A stretch of DNA of 64,000 bases from an uncultured Gemmatimonadales bacterium (GTDB lineage Bacteria; Gemmatimonadota; Gemmatimonadetes; Longimicrobiales; RSA9). Under the pieces are notes generated by a model. That model had not been told where the DNA came from. It did no database searches and was given only the letters and a program-made list of their open reading frames with translations. Position numbers and translations under genes: made by a program. Of this stretch, positions 34,575 through 45,192 are shown piece after piece. Where the stretch lies: assembly GCA_963816355.1 (NCBI GenBank), contig CAWFKH010000006.1:128001-192000 (forward strand). The letters run 5' to 3'. Positions within the stretch are counted from its first letter, which is position 1. Every line of letters begins with the position of its first letter.

Positions 34575-36943
34575 ATGTCCGGATCCATACTGCTGCTCCT
34601 CAGCGCGATCACGCTCGCGTCCCGCTCCGACGTCGCCGGCTCCCCCGACTCCTTGACCGTATATCCCGGGGCGGCAGGCCGTCTGCAGGTCGCGCTTCCG
34701 CGCATCGAGGACGCGAACGTCGACATCGACGCGGTGCTCGACGAACCGGCGTGGGGTCGCGCGGCCACCCTCACCCGCTTCACCCAGTACGAGCCGCTCG
34801 AAGGCGTCTCCGCGAGCCAGCCGACGCGCGTTCTGCTCTTCCGCGACGACGACGCCATCTACATGGCCGCCCGCGCCCGTGACGACGACCCCGGCGGAAT
34901 CCGGGCGACGCTCGCGCAGCGCGACCACATCGCGCGCAGCGACGACTGGATCCGGCTCACGCTCGACACCTACGACGACGCGCAGCGCGCGTACGTCTTC
35001 TACGTCAATCCGCGCGGCGTGCAGCAAATGGGCTGTGGATCGAAGGCCGCGGCGGACGCGGCCCGCCGATCGACTACAGCCCCGACTTCGTCTGGGAATC
35101 CGCGGGCCGGCGCACCGCCGACGGCTACGTGGTCGAGCTTCGCATCCCCCTCAAGAGCCTGCGTTTCCCGAACGAGGACGCGCAGACGTGGGGGATCAAC
35201 GTGGCGCGTCACGTGGAGCGCTCCGGCTACGAGTCGAGCTGGGCGCCCATCAGCCAGGATCGCTCGAACCGCCTCGCGCAGGCGGGTCGCCTCGTCGGGC
35301 TCGAGGGCCTCGACCGCGGGCTGTTCCTGGAGGTGAACCCGGTCGTCACGGGGCGACTCGTGGGCCAGTACGACGAGGACCGCGCCGCGTTCGTCCGCGG
35401 CCACGCTCGCCCCGATTTCGGCCTCAACGCGACGTACGGCGTCACCTCGAACCTGACGCTCGACGCGACCTACAATCCGGACTTCTCCCAGGTGGAGGCG
35501 GACGCCGGCCAGGTCGCCGTGAACGAACGCTTCGCCCTCTTCTTCCCCGAGAAGCGGCCGTTCTTCCTCGAAGGCACCGAAATCTTCGACATGCCGACGC
35601 GCCTCGTCTACACGCGCCGCATCGGCAACCCGATCGGCGGCGCGAAGCTCACCGGCAAGGTGGGCGCGACGAGCCTCGGCTATCTCGGCGCCGTCGACGA
35701 TCCGGCCGACGGACCGAACGCCGTCTTCGACGTCGTACGCCTGCGCCGCGACGTCGGCGACGGCTACGCCGGACTCCTCTACACGGACCGCACCGAGTCC
35801 GCCGGCGTCTACAACCGCGTCGCGGCGGCCGACGCCAGGCTCCTCTTCGGCGGGCGCTATACGCTGCAGCTCGTCGCCGCCGGCTCGCTCGACCGCGACA
35901 GCCTCGAAGCGCGCCCGCTCGGCGGCTCTCTCCTCCTCGCGCGGCTCTCGCGCAGTGGCCGAGCCTTCTCCTTCGACGCGCGCGTCACGGATGTCGCCCC
36001 GAACTTCGCGACCGCGAGTGGCTTCATCCGTCGAACGGACAACGCCCAGGCGCGCGGCAGCGTGCGCTTGCGCCGCTACGGCGGACAGGGCGACCTCGTC
36101 GAGGACTGGGGACCTTCACTTCAGGTCCAGCGCAACTGGAGCCACGCCGGCTTCTGGCGCGGCGGCGGCGCGACCGAGGGCGAGATCGGCCTCGACGTGA
36201 GCGCCGGCCTGCGCGGCAACGTGTTCGTCTCCGCGGGCGTGCAGCGGCGCTTCTACGACTACGACCCCGCCGACTACGCAGGCCTCTACGTCGGCGACGG
36301 CGCCGGTGCGCTGCGCGCCTACATTCCGGCCACCACCCGCTACGGTGGCCTCTGGGGCGCCTCCTTCGACGTGTCCGCCAGCTCGCTGGGCTGGCTGCGC
36401 TCGGACCTGCACGTCGACTGGGGCCGCCAGCCGATCTTCGCCCCCGGCGGCGCCGCGCCTGCGCGGCCCGCGGTCGCCCTCGCCCGCTCGCTGTCGGTGC
36501 GCGGCGGCCTCACGCTCCAGCCGACGCCCGCCGCGGCTTTCGAGCTCGATGTGCAGCACGCGGAGCTCTTCCGCGTCCGCGGCGGCGGCCGCTACTCCAG
36601 CGCGACGATCCCGCGCCTGCGCGTCCAGTACCAGTTCACGCGCGCCCTTCACGTCCGTCTGCTGGGCGAATACTCGGCGCAGGAGACGAACGGCCTGCGC
36701 GATCCGGGTACCGGCATGCCGCTGATCGCGTGCGACGACGACGGCGCGTGCGAACCGATCGCCTCCGACCCTTCCAACCGCTTCCACATCGAGGCGCTGT
36801 TCGCGTACGAGCCGTCGCCCGGCAGCGTCTTCTACGCCGGATACTCGCGCGACATGACGGAGCCGAGCGCGTTCGGCTTCGGACCGCTCGCCACCCAGCT
36901 TGACGGCCTCTTCGTGAAGCTGAGCTACCGCTACAGGCTGTAG
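34575..36943 (+). pseudogene. DUF5916/CBM9-like exported protein with C-terminal beta-barrel, split by a 1-nt frameshift at ~35028
   Basis: N part IDAVLDEPAW..LDTYDD..FYVNPRGVQQ; restoring one G gives DGLW..DFVWES..YVVELRIP; NPDFSQVEAD, FFPEKRPFFLEG; ends LFVKLSYRYRL. Confidence 0.8.
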
Positions 36944-37028
36944 CGACGGAGGGCCCGCGACCCCGGTCGACGGTTCAGGGGCCACCCGGCCCGGCCGCCG
37001 CGTCCGCCTCCGCGGTCCGGGGGCTCGT

Positions 37029-37105
37029 GGACGCTTCGCGGCGAGGCCGGGTCGCCGGTTTGTTTCACGCGGAGGGCGCGGGGGGCGCGGAGGGGTTCGC
37101 CGCCG
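37029..37105 (-). repeat. Dispersed ~77-bp intergenic repeat, copy 2 (inverted)
   Basis: Reverse complement of 26137-26213. Confidence 0.9.
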
Positions 37106-37251
37106 GGAAGGTTCGTGCCGCGAGGCGAACGGCATCGCACTGCAGCCGCCGGTATTATTGGGGTCTCGTCGCGCGACGCCCGTTCGCAGCCGTCGAACCA
37201 CCGAAAAAGCGCGATGCAAGCTGTGCCGCGCACCTCGCGCGACGCCGGTCC

Positions 37252-37388
37252 CCCCTCCGCGTCCCCCGCGCCCTCCGCGTGAAAACCCTCCGCGCCCTCC
37301 GCGTGAAACGCCGCGCCCTCCGCGAGAAGCGCCGCGCCCTCCGCGAGAAGCGCCGCGCCCTCGCGGAAAAAGGCCGCGCCCTCCGCGC
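37252..37388. repeat. Tandem ~21-bp repeats built on CGCGCCCTCCGCG(TGAAA/AGAAG)
   Basis: Directly visible; same core as 421-452, 575-690 and 26148-26178. Confidence 0.85.
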
Positions 37389-37410
37389 GTCGATCGCGGG
37401 CCGGGCGGGC

Positions 37411-38004
37411 TCAGCGCCGGAGCGCGCGCAGGGCGCGCGCCCGGCGCCACCAGCGGCCGGCGCGCGCCGCGTCACCGCGGCCGCTGGCGATCCAGCCGAG
37501 CAGCGCGCTCGCGTTCGCGCCGTCGAGCCGGGAGCGCTTCCGTTTCGCGATCTGCCACGCGCGGGCGGCCAGGACCGTGGCGCCGCGGAACTGTCCGCGG
37601 AGGACGGCCTCCACGCCCGCGTCGCAGAGCGCGTCGCAGAGCGTCGTCGTCGCCGCCGCCGGATCGGTGGCGATCTCGAGCAGGCGGGTGAGCGCCGCGC
37701 GTTCGCGGTCGGCGGACGGAAGCAGGCGCACGTACGCCTCGGCGCTCCGCCGCAGCGGGGCCGTGAGCGGCGCGGCGGCTCCGCCGGTGAAGACGCGGAG
37801 CACGAGGTAGCGGGCGAGGACCCGGGGGGCGTCCCGCGGCTCCACGTCGACGATGTCGCGGAAGGCGTCCTCGACGGCGGAGTGGCGCGCGGCTGCGGTG
37901 GCCGCGCCGGACGGCGGAACGGGCGAGGTGTGGCCGGAAGCCCGCCAGCGGACCGCCGAGGGTCCGGCGCGGAATGGCCATCCCGGATGGTTCGCTCGCT
38001 GCAT
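37411..38004 (-). CDS. Hypothetical helical protein
   Basis: GGAG before ATG; protein-like composition (VLARYLVLRVF..ALTRLLEI); fills the gap between repeats and the MFS gene. Confidence 0.55.
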   Translation of the reverse strand: MQRANHPGWPFRAGPSAVRWRASGHTSPVPPSGAATAAARHSAVEDAFRDIVDVEPRDAPRVLARYLVLRVFTGGAAAPLTAPLRRSAEAYVRLLPSADRERAALTRLLEIATDPAAATTTLCDALCDAGVEAVLRGQFRGATVLAARAWQIAKRKRSRLDGANASALLGWIASGRGDAARAGRWWRRARALRALRR

Positions 38005-38190
38005 CGTTCGCTCCGTGAGGTCGCGGGCGCGGGCCGTCGCTTCATTGTCGCGGCGAGGGGTGGCGGCGGCCATGGCGGGTTGGGTCACGTGGACGGCCGC
38101 GCTCGATTGCGGCGCCGGTCCGCCGGGTGGTATGCTGCCCTCCGGGTCCGACGGCTGCGCCACGCGGGGAGGGAGAAGGAACACGCTCCA

Positions 38191-39393
38191 TTGAGGAAGT
38201 CGCCGCTCTTCGTGCTGTTCGCCGCGGTGCTGATCGACATGATCGGCTTCGGGATCGTCCTCCCGTTGCTTCCGTTCTACGCGGAATCGATGGGTGCGAC
38301 GCCGCTGGATGTGACGCTCCTCGTCGCCTCGTTCTCGGCGATGCAGCTCGCGGCGGCGCCTCTGTGGGGACGGGTGTCGGACCGTCGTGGGCGGCGGCCT
38401 CTGCTGGTTGCGGGGCTGTTCGCGTCCGCGGTGTCGTATCTGATTTTCGGTCTCGCGAGCTCGCTCTGGATGCTGCTGCTGTCGCGCATGGCGGCAGGTG
38501 CGGCAGGCGGGACGATCTCGGTCGCGCAGGCGTACGTCGCCGACTCGACCAAGGCGGAGAAGCGGGCGGCGGGACTGGGCCATCTCGGCGCGGCGTCGGG
38601 GCTCGGCGTCATGCTCGGTCCCGCGATCGGCGGCTTCTTCAGCCGCTGGGGCCTCGGCGTCCCCGGCTACGTCGCCGCCGCGCTCTGCTTCGCGAACGCG
38701 ATCGCGGCGATCGTGCTGTTGCCGGAGACGGCCCGGAGGCGCGAGGGGAGCGAGGAGGAGGCGGAGCCGATCGGGTTGCGCGAATGGGCGATGTCGTTCC
38801 TGCGCTATCCGCTCTCGCTGCTGCTGTCCGTCTACTTCCTGGCGATCAGCTCCTTCACGGCGATGACGGCGATCCTCGCGCTCTACCTCGAGCGCGCGTT
38901 CGGCATCGAGGCCCAGGGCATGGGCGCGTTGATGACGCTCGCCGGGTTCGTCACCGTCGTCGTCCGGGGCGTGCTGCTGGGACGCGTCGTGGCCGCCTTC
39001 GGCGAGGCGCGAACGGTCGTATTCGGCGCCGGCATGCTGATCCTCTCCATGATCACGTTCCCGCTGATCCCCGGCCCCTGGTGGTCCGCCCTCATCGTGA
39101 GCATGTACGCCTTCGGTGCGGGCACGCTGTTCCCCTCCCTCGCCAGCCTCGTCTCGCGCGCCACCGACTCCGGGTCCCAGGGCTCGATTCTCGGCGGCAG
39201 CCAGGTGGTCGGCGGGCTCGGCCGCGTGCTCGGACCGATATGGGCCGGGTACCTGTTCCAGAAGACCGGCATCACCAGCCCGTTCCACGTCGCCGCCATC
39301 CTCGTCGGACTCGCCGCTCTCCTCGCGATGCGGATCCCCCGCCCCGGCCGCCTGCGCAACACGACGAGCGAGCCGGCGCGGGCGCAGGCGTAG
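38191..39393 (+). CDS. MFS transporter, TetA/DHA1-like
   Basis: IDMIGFGIVLPLLPFY, motif A GRVSDRRGRRP, GPAIGG, LGRVLGP; TTG start after AAGGA. Confidence 0.92.
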   Translation: MRKSPLFVLFAAVLIDMIGFGIVLPLLPFYAESMGATPLDVTLLVASFSAMQLAAAPLWGRVSDRRGRRPLLVAGLFASAVSYLIFGLASSLWMLLLSRMAAGAAGGTISVAQAYVADSTKAEKRAAGLGHLGAASGLGVMLGPAIGGFFSRWGLGVPGYVAAALCFANAIAAIVLLPETARRREGSEEEAEPIGLREWAMSFLRYPLSLLLSVYFLAISSFTAMTAILALYLERAFGIEAQGMGALMTLAGFVTVVVRGVLLGRVVAAFGEARTVVFGAGMLILSMITFPLIPGPWWSALIVSMYAFGAGTLFPSLASLVSRATDSGSQGSILGGSQVVGGLGRVLGPIWAGYLFQKTGITSPFHVAAILVGLAALLAMRIPRPGRLRNTTSEPARAQA

Positions 39394-39583
39394 CGCGGAC
39401 CCGTACGCCGCAACGGTTCACCAGGACCACCGCCTCCCTGCACAGGAGCTGGCCGCGCAAGCGCTGCGACGCGCGCCGGCCCCGCGCCGGCCTCGGGCGA
39501 CGCCGCGGCGGGCTTGCCTCGCGGACCTCGCCGGCCTATCCTCCCGCGCGCGCAAACCGAAAACCCCTGGAAGGACCCCTTCG

Positions 39584-39853
39584 ATGAGCTACGTGGCCGG
39601 ATTCCTCGTGTGGATCGCCTTCGCGGTCGTGGCCACCATCCTCGTCTGGTCGGCGTACCGCGGGCCGGCGACGACGCGGACGCTGACGTTCATGTTCGCG
39701 TTCTTCGGCACGTTCATCGGCGGCATGCTCGGCACGTCGGCGTACGTCTTCCACGATCCGACGCCGCTGCGCGTCGGCGCCCTGATCGGGGCGGTGATCG
39801 GCGCCTTCCTCTTCCCCTTCGTCTACCACCTCGTGGGGCGCAAGGCACTGTAG
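39584..39853 (+). CDS. Small 3-TM membrane protein (GlsB/YeaQ-like)
   Basis: SD AAGGA; hydrophobic, FGTFIGGMLG, GAVIGA. Confidence 0.75.
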   Translation: MSYVAGFLVWIAFAVVATILVWSAYRGPATTRTLTFMFAFFGTFIGGMLGTSAYVFHDPTPLRVGALIGAVIGAFLFPFVYHLVGRKAL

Positions 39854-39884
39854 CGGACCGCGCTCCGCCGCCGCCGCCCGACCG

Positions 39885-40871
39885 ATGCGCGCGATCGTCA
39901 TCCGGGCCCCCGGCGGCCCCGAGGTGCTCGAGCTGCGCGACGCGCCCCTCCCCGAGCCGGGGCGCGGCGAGATCCGCGTGCGCGTCCACGCCACCGCCCT
40001 GAACCGCGCCGACCTCCTGCAGCGGCGCGGCCACTATCCGGCGCCGGCCGGCTGGCCGGCGGACGTGCCGGGCCTGGAGTACGCGGGTACGGTCGACGCT
40101 TGCGGGGCGCGCGTCGAGCGCTGGCGCGGCGGCGAGCGCGTGATGGGGCTGGTCGGCGGGGGCGCCTACGCCGAGGCGGTGGTCGTGCACGAACGGGAGG
40201 CGATCGCCGTGCCGGACGGCGTCGCGCTCACGGACGCGGCGGCGATCCCGGAAGCGTTTGTGACCGCGCACGACGCGCTGGTGACGCGACTCGGCGTGCG
40301 CGCGGGCGAGTGGCTGCTGATCCACGCCGTCGGCAGCGGCGTCGGCACCGCTGCGCTGCAGATCGCGCTGGCGTCCGGCGTGCGCGTGGTCGGCACGGCG
40401 CGCTCCGCGTGGAAGCTGGAGCGGGCGGCGGCGTTGGGGCTGCGGGCCGCGGTCGACGTCTCGCGCGAGGCGATCGCGGACGCGGTCGCGGCGTGCACCG
40501 GCGGAGCGGGCGTCGACGCCGTGCTCGACCTCGTCGGCGCGGCGTACCTCGACGCGAACCTGGCGTCGCTCGCCGAGCTGGGTCGCATGGTGTGCGTGGG
40601 CACGGTCTCCGGTGCGAAGGCGGAGATCGACCTCTCGCGGGTGCTGCGCGGGCGGCTGACGATCGTGGGAACGGTGTTGCGCGCGCGGCCGCTCGAGCAG
40701 AAGATCGCGGCGGCGCGCCGTTTCGAGCGCGAGATCGTGCCGCTGCTGGCCGACGGGCGCGTGCGGCCCGTGGTCGACCGCGTGCTGGCGTGCGCCGACG
40801 CGGCGGAGGCGCACCGCGCGATGGAGGCGAACGAGAACTTCGGCAAGATCGTGCTGAGCTGGGAGGCCTGA
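39885..40871 (+). CDS. NAD(P)H-quinone oxidoreductase (PIG3/Qor, MDR family)
   Basis: LNRADLLQRRG, PGLEYAG, GGGAYAE, HAVGSGVG, NFGKIVL. Confidence 0.92.
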   Translation: MRAIVIRAPGGPEVLELRDAPLPEPGRGEIRVRVHATALNRADLLQRRGHYPAPAGWPADVPGLEYAGTVDACGARVERWRGGERVMGLVGGGAYAEAVVVHEREAIAVPDGVALTDAAAIPEAFVTAHDALVTRLGVRAGEWLLIHAVGSGVGTAALQIALASGVRVVGTARSAWKLERAAALGLRAAVDVSREAIADAVAACTGGAGVDAVLDLVGAAYLDANLASLAELGRMVCVGTVSGAKAEIDLSRVLRGRLTIVGTVLRARPLEQKIAAARRFEREIVPLLADGRVRPVVDRVLACADAAEAHRAMEANENFGKIVLSWEA

Positions 40872-40902
40872 CCCGACCGGCCGCTCGCGCGACCGGCTCC
40901 GT

Positions 40903-42402
40903 TCAGCGCAGCCCCACGGGCCCCACTCCGCGCGCCTCCGCGTACCGGACCAGCTCGCGCAGCCCGCCCTTGAAGGAGTACGCCTCGTAGCCCGCGCGCT
41001 GCATGCGCTCGGCGATGTAAGCGGACTGCACGCCGTGCGCGCAGTAGAGGATGTAGGTGGCGTCGCGGTCGAGGCGGCGGAAGTCGCGCAGCAGCTCCCA
41101 CTCCTCGTGCTGCTCGGCGCCGGGGTAGTGCCAGGCGCGGTACGCGGGGGCGGGGCGGCAGTCGATCACGACGGCGGACTCCGGCACGTCCGTCGAGAAG
41201 AGGTATGGTGCCACGAGGTCGGTGGGCGTGAGCGCGCGCAGGTCGAGGGTGCGCGTGTTGCGCAGCGCCTCCGCCAGCGCGCCCGGATCAATCGCGGCCT
41301 CCTCGCTCGCCACCGCCCCGGGCGAAGCCGACGTGACCGGGTGACCGGGCGCAATCGCGCAATACTCCTTCACCTGCTCGGAGAGCGCCGCCGTGCCGAT
41401 CCGCCTCGCGCGCGCGATGATCTCCTCCTTGTCGAACCCGATCAGCGGTCGGAACACCGGTCGCGAGGCCGCCGGCTCGATCGCGCGCAGGTTTCGCAGC
41501 GTCTGCGACGAGACCTGCCCCAGCGCCTCGCCGGTGACGATGGCGTCCGCGTGCGTGCGTTCGGCGAAGTGCGACGCCGCGCGATACATCAGCCGCTTCA
41601 GCACGACCTGCCAGTAACGCGGCTTCACGCTCGCGCGCAGCGCGTCCACGACGTCGCCGAAGGGGACCACGCGCAGGCGCGGCCTCGAGCCGAAGCTCCA
41701 GTCGTCGGCGAGCACCTTCGCGACCTGCACCACGGCGCGCTCGTAGGCGTCGCCGCCCAGGTTGCAGAAGACGTAATCGAGCTGCACGCCGCGCTTGAGG
41801 ACGAGCCAGGCGGCGACGGCGGAGTCGAAGCCACCGGAGAGGAGGGCGAGGGCGCGGCCCTCGACGCCGAGCGGCAGGCCGCCCGGTCCCGCGCGTCGCT
41901 CCGCGAAGAGGTAGGCGGCTTCGTCGCGCACCTCGACGTAGACGGTCAGGTCCGGATGGTCGAGGTCGACGCGGCCGAACCGGTTGAGCGCCCGCCCGAG
42001 CTCGACCTGCACGTCCTGCGAGCCGAAGGCGTGCCGGCCGGCGCGGCGCGCGCGCACGGCGAAGCTGCCCCCGCCGATGCGGGCGGCGTAGAGATCGACG
42101 CCGGCGCTGCAGATCGCCTCCAGGTCGGCCTGGACGACGGCGTCGACCTGCGAGATGGAGCTGAGGCCGAAGACGCGCGACACGACCTCCTCCGCCTGGG
42201 CGGAGCTGGAGCGCAAGAGGATGCGCGTCCATTCATCCTCGACCGAGAAGGGGGCGTCCGTGGTGGCCAGCGCGTCGCGGAGGTTGCCGGCGAGGCGGCG
42301 CTGGAACGTGCTGCGCGTGCGCCGTGCCTTGATCGCGATCTCGCCGGAGAGCCGCGCGAGGAACAGGCGCTCGTCGGTCGTGCCGGTCCGCGCTTCGTTC
42401 AC
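40903..42402 (-). CDS. thiI: tRNA 4-thiouridine sulfurtransferase ThiI (THUMP, PP-loop and C-terminal rhodanese)
   Basis: GEIAIK, GPGGLPLG, LSGGFDS, TGEALGQVSSQT, EYCA, rhodanese YCAHGVQS; GTGA overlap with upstream stop. Confidence 0.92.
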   Translation of the reverse strand: MNEARTGTTDERLFLARLSGEIAIKARRTRSTFQRRLAGNLRDALATTDAPFSVEDEWTRILLRSSSAQAEEVVSRVFGLSSISQVDAVVQADLEAICSAGVDLYAARIGGGSFAVRARRAGRHAFGSQDVQVELGRALNRFGRVDLDHPDLTVYVEVRDEAAYLFAERRAGPGGLPLGVEGRALALLSGGFDSAVAAWLVLKRGVQLDYVFCNLGGDAYERAVVQVAKVLADDWSFGSRPRLRVVPFGDVVDALRASVKPRYWQVVLKRLMYRAASHFAERTHADAIVTGEALGQVSSQTLRNLRAIEPAASRPVFRPLIGFDKEEIIARARRIGTAALSEQVKEYCAIAPGHPVTSASPGAVASEEAAIDPGALAEALRNTRTLDLRALTPTDLVAPYLFSTDVPESAVVIDCRPAPAYRAWHYPGAEQHEEWELLRDFRRLDRDATYILYCAHGVQSAYIAERMQRAGYEAYSFKGGLRELVRYAEARGVGPVGLR

Positions 42403-43547
42403 GAGCCGCCTGCCGTCCGCCGCGTTCGCGGGGCGCGCGGGCCGCGGCGTCCGCCGCGAGGACGCCCGCCGCCGCCGTCCATCGACGACGCCGTGACGGA
42501 GAGGATGCGCGGCAGGTAGGCCGCGATGCAGCGCCACGTGCGGCCGCCGTCGCGGGTCGCGAAGAGGTGCCCCCCCGACGTCCCGAGATAGACGCCGACC
42601 GGCGACTCATCGTCGTTGTCCATCGCCTCGCGGAGCACGGAAACGTAGGCGTGCTCCTGCGGCAGTCCCTCGGTCGCGGCGGTCCATCTCCCGCCCGCAT
42701 CGCCGGTGCGATAGACGCGGAGGCGGCCGCCGACGGTCGTGCGCATGTGGCTTGACTCCTCCGGCACCACGAAGACGACGTCCGCGTCCGCCGGATCGAG
42801 CGCCAGCACGTAGCCGAAGTCGCTGGGCAGGCCGGCCGTGATCTCGTGCCAGCTCTCGCCGCGGTCGTCGCTCCGGTAGGTGCCGCAGTGGTTCTGCTGA
42901 TAGAGGCGATCCGGACGCGCCGGGTGCAGCCGCAGCTTGTGGACGCACTGCCCGGTCGGCGGCGGCGGGCCGGGCAGGAACTCCGCGCGCACACCGTCGT
43001 TCATGGGCCGCCAGCTCGCGCCGTCGTCGTCGCTGCGGAAGACGCCGCCCGCGGAGATCGCGCAGTAGAGGCGGGCGTCGTCGCGCGGATCGACGGCGAT
43101 CGAGTGCAGCGCGAGCGCACCGCCCGCCGGCTGCCACGTGGCGCGCGAAGGGTGCTCGTTGAGCGCCGTCACCGGCCGCCACGAAGAGCCGTGGTCGTCG
43201 CTGCGGAAGAGGCCCGCCGGCTCGATGCCGGCGAAGAGCGTGTGCGGGCGGGAGGCGGGTCCCGGCGCGAGCGTCCAGATCGCCTCGAGGCCGCGGCCGT
43301 CCTCGTGGTGCGGCGCCGCCTCCAGCAGCTCCCAGCGTTCGCCGCCGTCCGCGCTGCGGTGGACGTGCGAGCCCCACACCGCGTGTGTCGTCGCCGCCCA
43401 CGCGTCGCCGCTGCGGTGGTCGTGAAACGCGTGATAGACCTGGCGCCCCTCGAGATACGGCCCGTCCAGCGTCCACGACTCGCGGGCGGCGTCGGAGCGC
43501 GCGACGAACAGGCCTCGCTTCGTGCCGACGAGGAGCAGGACGCTCAC
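42399..43547 (-). CDS. BNR/Asp-box beta-propeller protein (exo-alpha-sialidase-like annotation class)
   Basis: LLVGTKRGLF; repeated S-x-D-x-G-x-x-W boxes; EPAGLF, QQNHCG; no signal peptide. Confidence 0.85.
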   Translation of the reverse strand: MSVLLLVGTKRGLFVARSDAARESWTLDGPYLEGRQVYHAFHDHRSGDAWAATTHAVWGSHVHRSADGGERWELLEAAPHHEDGRGLEAIWTLAPGPASRPHTLFAGIEPAGLFRSDDHGSSWRPVTALNEHPSRATWQPAGGALALHSIAVDPRDDARLYCAISAGGVFRSDDDGASWRPMNDGVRAEFLPGPPPPTGQCVHKLRLHPARPDRLYQQNHCGTYRSDDRGESWHEITAGLPSDFGYVLALDPADADVVFVVPEESSHMRTTVGGRLRVYRTGDAGGRWTAATEGLPQEHAYVSVLREAMDNDDESPVGVYLGTSGGHLFATRDGGRTWRCIAAYLPRILSVTASSMDGGGGRPRGGRRGPRAPRTRRTAGGS

Positions 43548-44854
43548 GGCTCGCCGAGCCGGTCGAGCAGCATGTCGAGCGTCGCCGCGAGGATGCCCCG
43601 CGGCGCGCCTCGGGCCGCCGTCGGCTGCACCGTGCCGCCCGCCCGCGCCGCGCCGTCGGCCGCCGAGCGGCCCGCCGATCGCGCGGCGCGCTCGAGCACT
43701 TCGTCGAGCGCGTCGTGGATCGTGGCGCGGACGGCGTCGAAGATCGCGGCCTCGTCGGTGCGCGCGTTCGGCTCCATGAGATGTCCGAACGCGCGCGCCC
43801 GGCCGCAGTTGGCGAGCACGTCCGGGATCACCGCGAAGCGTGCGTCCGCCTCGCGCTGCACCGCGGTCCCGCCGGGCGTGCGTTCGCGGAACGGGTGGTT
43901 CGCGCCGCAGGCGACGACGTCCACGCCGAGCGCCTCCAGCTCCTCCAGCCTGCGCCCGTCGATGCTCTCCGAGATGGCGGCGCAGACGAAGATCTCCGCG
44001 CGGACATCGCGGAAGCGGCGGCCGTCGTCGTCGCTGCGCACGCGCGGGTCGTCGCCCGGCAGGAGCCGCTCGCGGCTGGCGCGCATCAGCGCCTCGACGC
44101 CGGCCGCGTCGATGCCCGCGTCGTCCACGAGCGCCTTCTCGGCGTCGCTGACCGCGGCGATGCGGGCGCCGGCGCGGGCGAGGTGAAGCGCGCACGCGGC
44201 GCCGACGTTGCCGAACCCCTCCACGAGCACGCGTGCGCCGGCGATGTCGCGGCCGGCGCGCCGGTAGAAGCGCAGGATCGACTCGGCGACGCCGTAGCCG
44301 GTGATCACGTCGGCGACGCCGAGCTCCATGCCCGCGACGCCGTGCTCGCCGCGGAGCTTCGTCTCGGCGCCGCATTCGAGGCGACGCAGCGTGCTCTGGA
44401 AGCCTGCGTCGTCGGGATCGTAGTGGCCACGGACGATGCCGGCCTGCGGGTGGGGCAGTCCGAGGCGGCGCACGGCGGGGACCACCTCCAGCAGCTCGTC
44501 GACGTTGAGGTCACCGGCCGTGCCGTAGCGGAGGCGGAGTTGCGGCTCGATCGCGTCGTACCAGCGCTCGAGCACCGCCGTCTTGCGGGCGTCGCGCGGG
44601 TCGAAGTCGATGCCGGACTTGGCGCCGCCGATCGGCGGCCCGGTCAGCGCGAACTTCAGCTCCATCGCCTTCGACAGATAGACCACCTCCGCCGCGCCGA
44701 GTCCGGAGCGCATACGCGTGCCGCCCCCCGCCGCGCCGCCGCGCAGCGAGTTGATCACGAGCCAGCCGCGCGCCTCCGACTCGCGGTCTCGCCAGACCAG
44801 AGTGAGCTCCGGCGGGCGCCGCAGATAGGCGCCCCAGCGCCGCCACGGCGTCAC
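43544..44854 (-). CDS. Glu/Leu/Phe/Val dehydrogenase family protein
   Basis: GGGTRM, MELKF, IGGAKSGI, TGYGV, EGFGNVG, CGAN, PDVLANCG. Confidence 0.88.
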   Translation of the reverse strand: MTPWRRWGAYLRRPPELTLVWRDRESEARGWLVINSLRGGAAGGGTRMRSGLGAAEVVYLSKAMELKFALTGPPIGGAKSGIDFDPRDARKTAVLERWYDAIEPQLRLRYGTAGDLNVDELLEVVPAVRRLGLPHPQAGIVRGHYDPDDAGFQSTLRRLECGAETKLRGEHGVAGMELGVADVITGYGVAESILRFYRRAGRDIAGARVLVEGFGNVGAACALHLARAGARIAAVSDAEKALVDDAGIDAAGVEALMRASRERLLPGDDPRVRSDDDGRRFRDVRAEIFVCAAISESIDGRRLEELEALGVDVVACGANHPFRERTPGGTAVQREADARFAVIPDVLANCGRARAFGHLMEPNARTDEAAIFDAVRATIHDALDEVLERAARSAGRSAADGAARAGGTVQPTAARGAPRGILAATLDMLLDRLGEP

Positions 44855-45192
44855 GCCGCCGCCTCGCCGGCCGGGCCGCCCACGCGCTCGACGAACACCT
44901 CCATGACGCCGCCGCACACCGCGGGGCTCCACGAATCCGGCGAGTCGAGCAGCTCGACGCGGATCAGTCGCGGCTCGCCGCCGCGCGCCACCTCGCGCGC
45001 CGCCTCCAGAACGTCCGCCTCGCCGCAGCCGCCACCGATCGTGCCGACCAAGCTGCCGTCCGCCTCGACCACCATGCGGCTGCCGACGTGCCGCGGCACC
45101 GAGCCGCGCGTCGCCACGACCGTCGCCAGCACGACGGTCCGACCCGCCTCCGCGGCGGCGACCAGCGCCACGTATACGATCTCATCGTCCAT
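44851..45192 (-). CDS. XdhC/CoxI N-terminal domain protein
   Basis: LATVVATRGSVPRHVGSRM, GTIGGGCGE, VCGGVMEVFVE. Confidence 0.9.
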   Translation of the reverse strand: MDDEIVYVALVAAAEAGRTVVLATVVATRGSVPRHVGSRMVVEADGSLVGTIGGGCGEADVLEAAREVARGGEPRLIRVELLDSPDSWSPAVCGGVMEVFVERVGGPAGEAAA

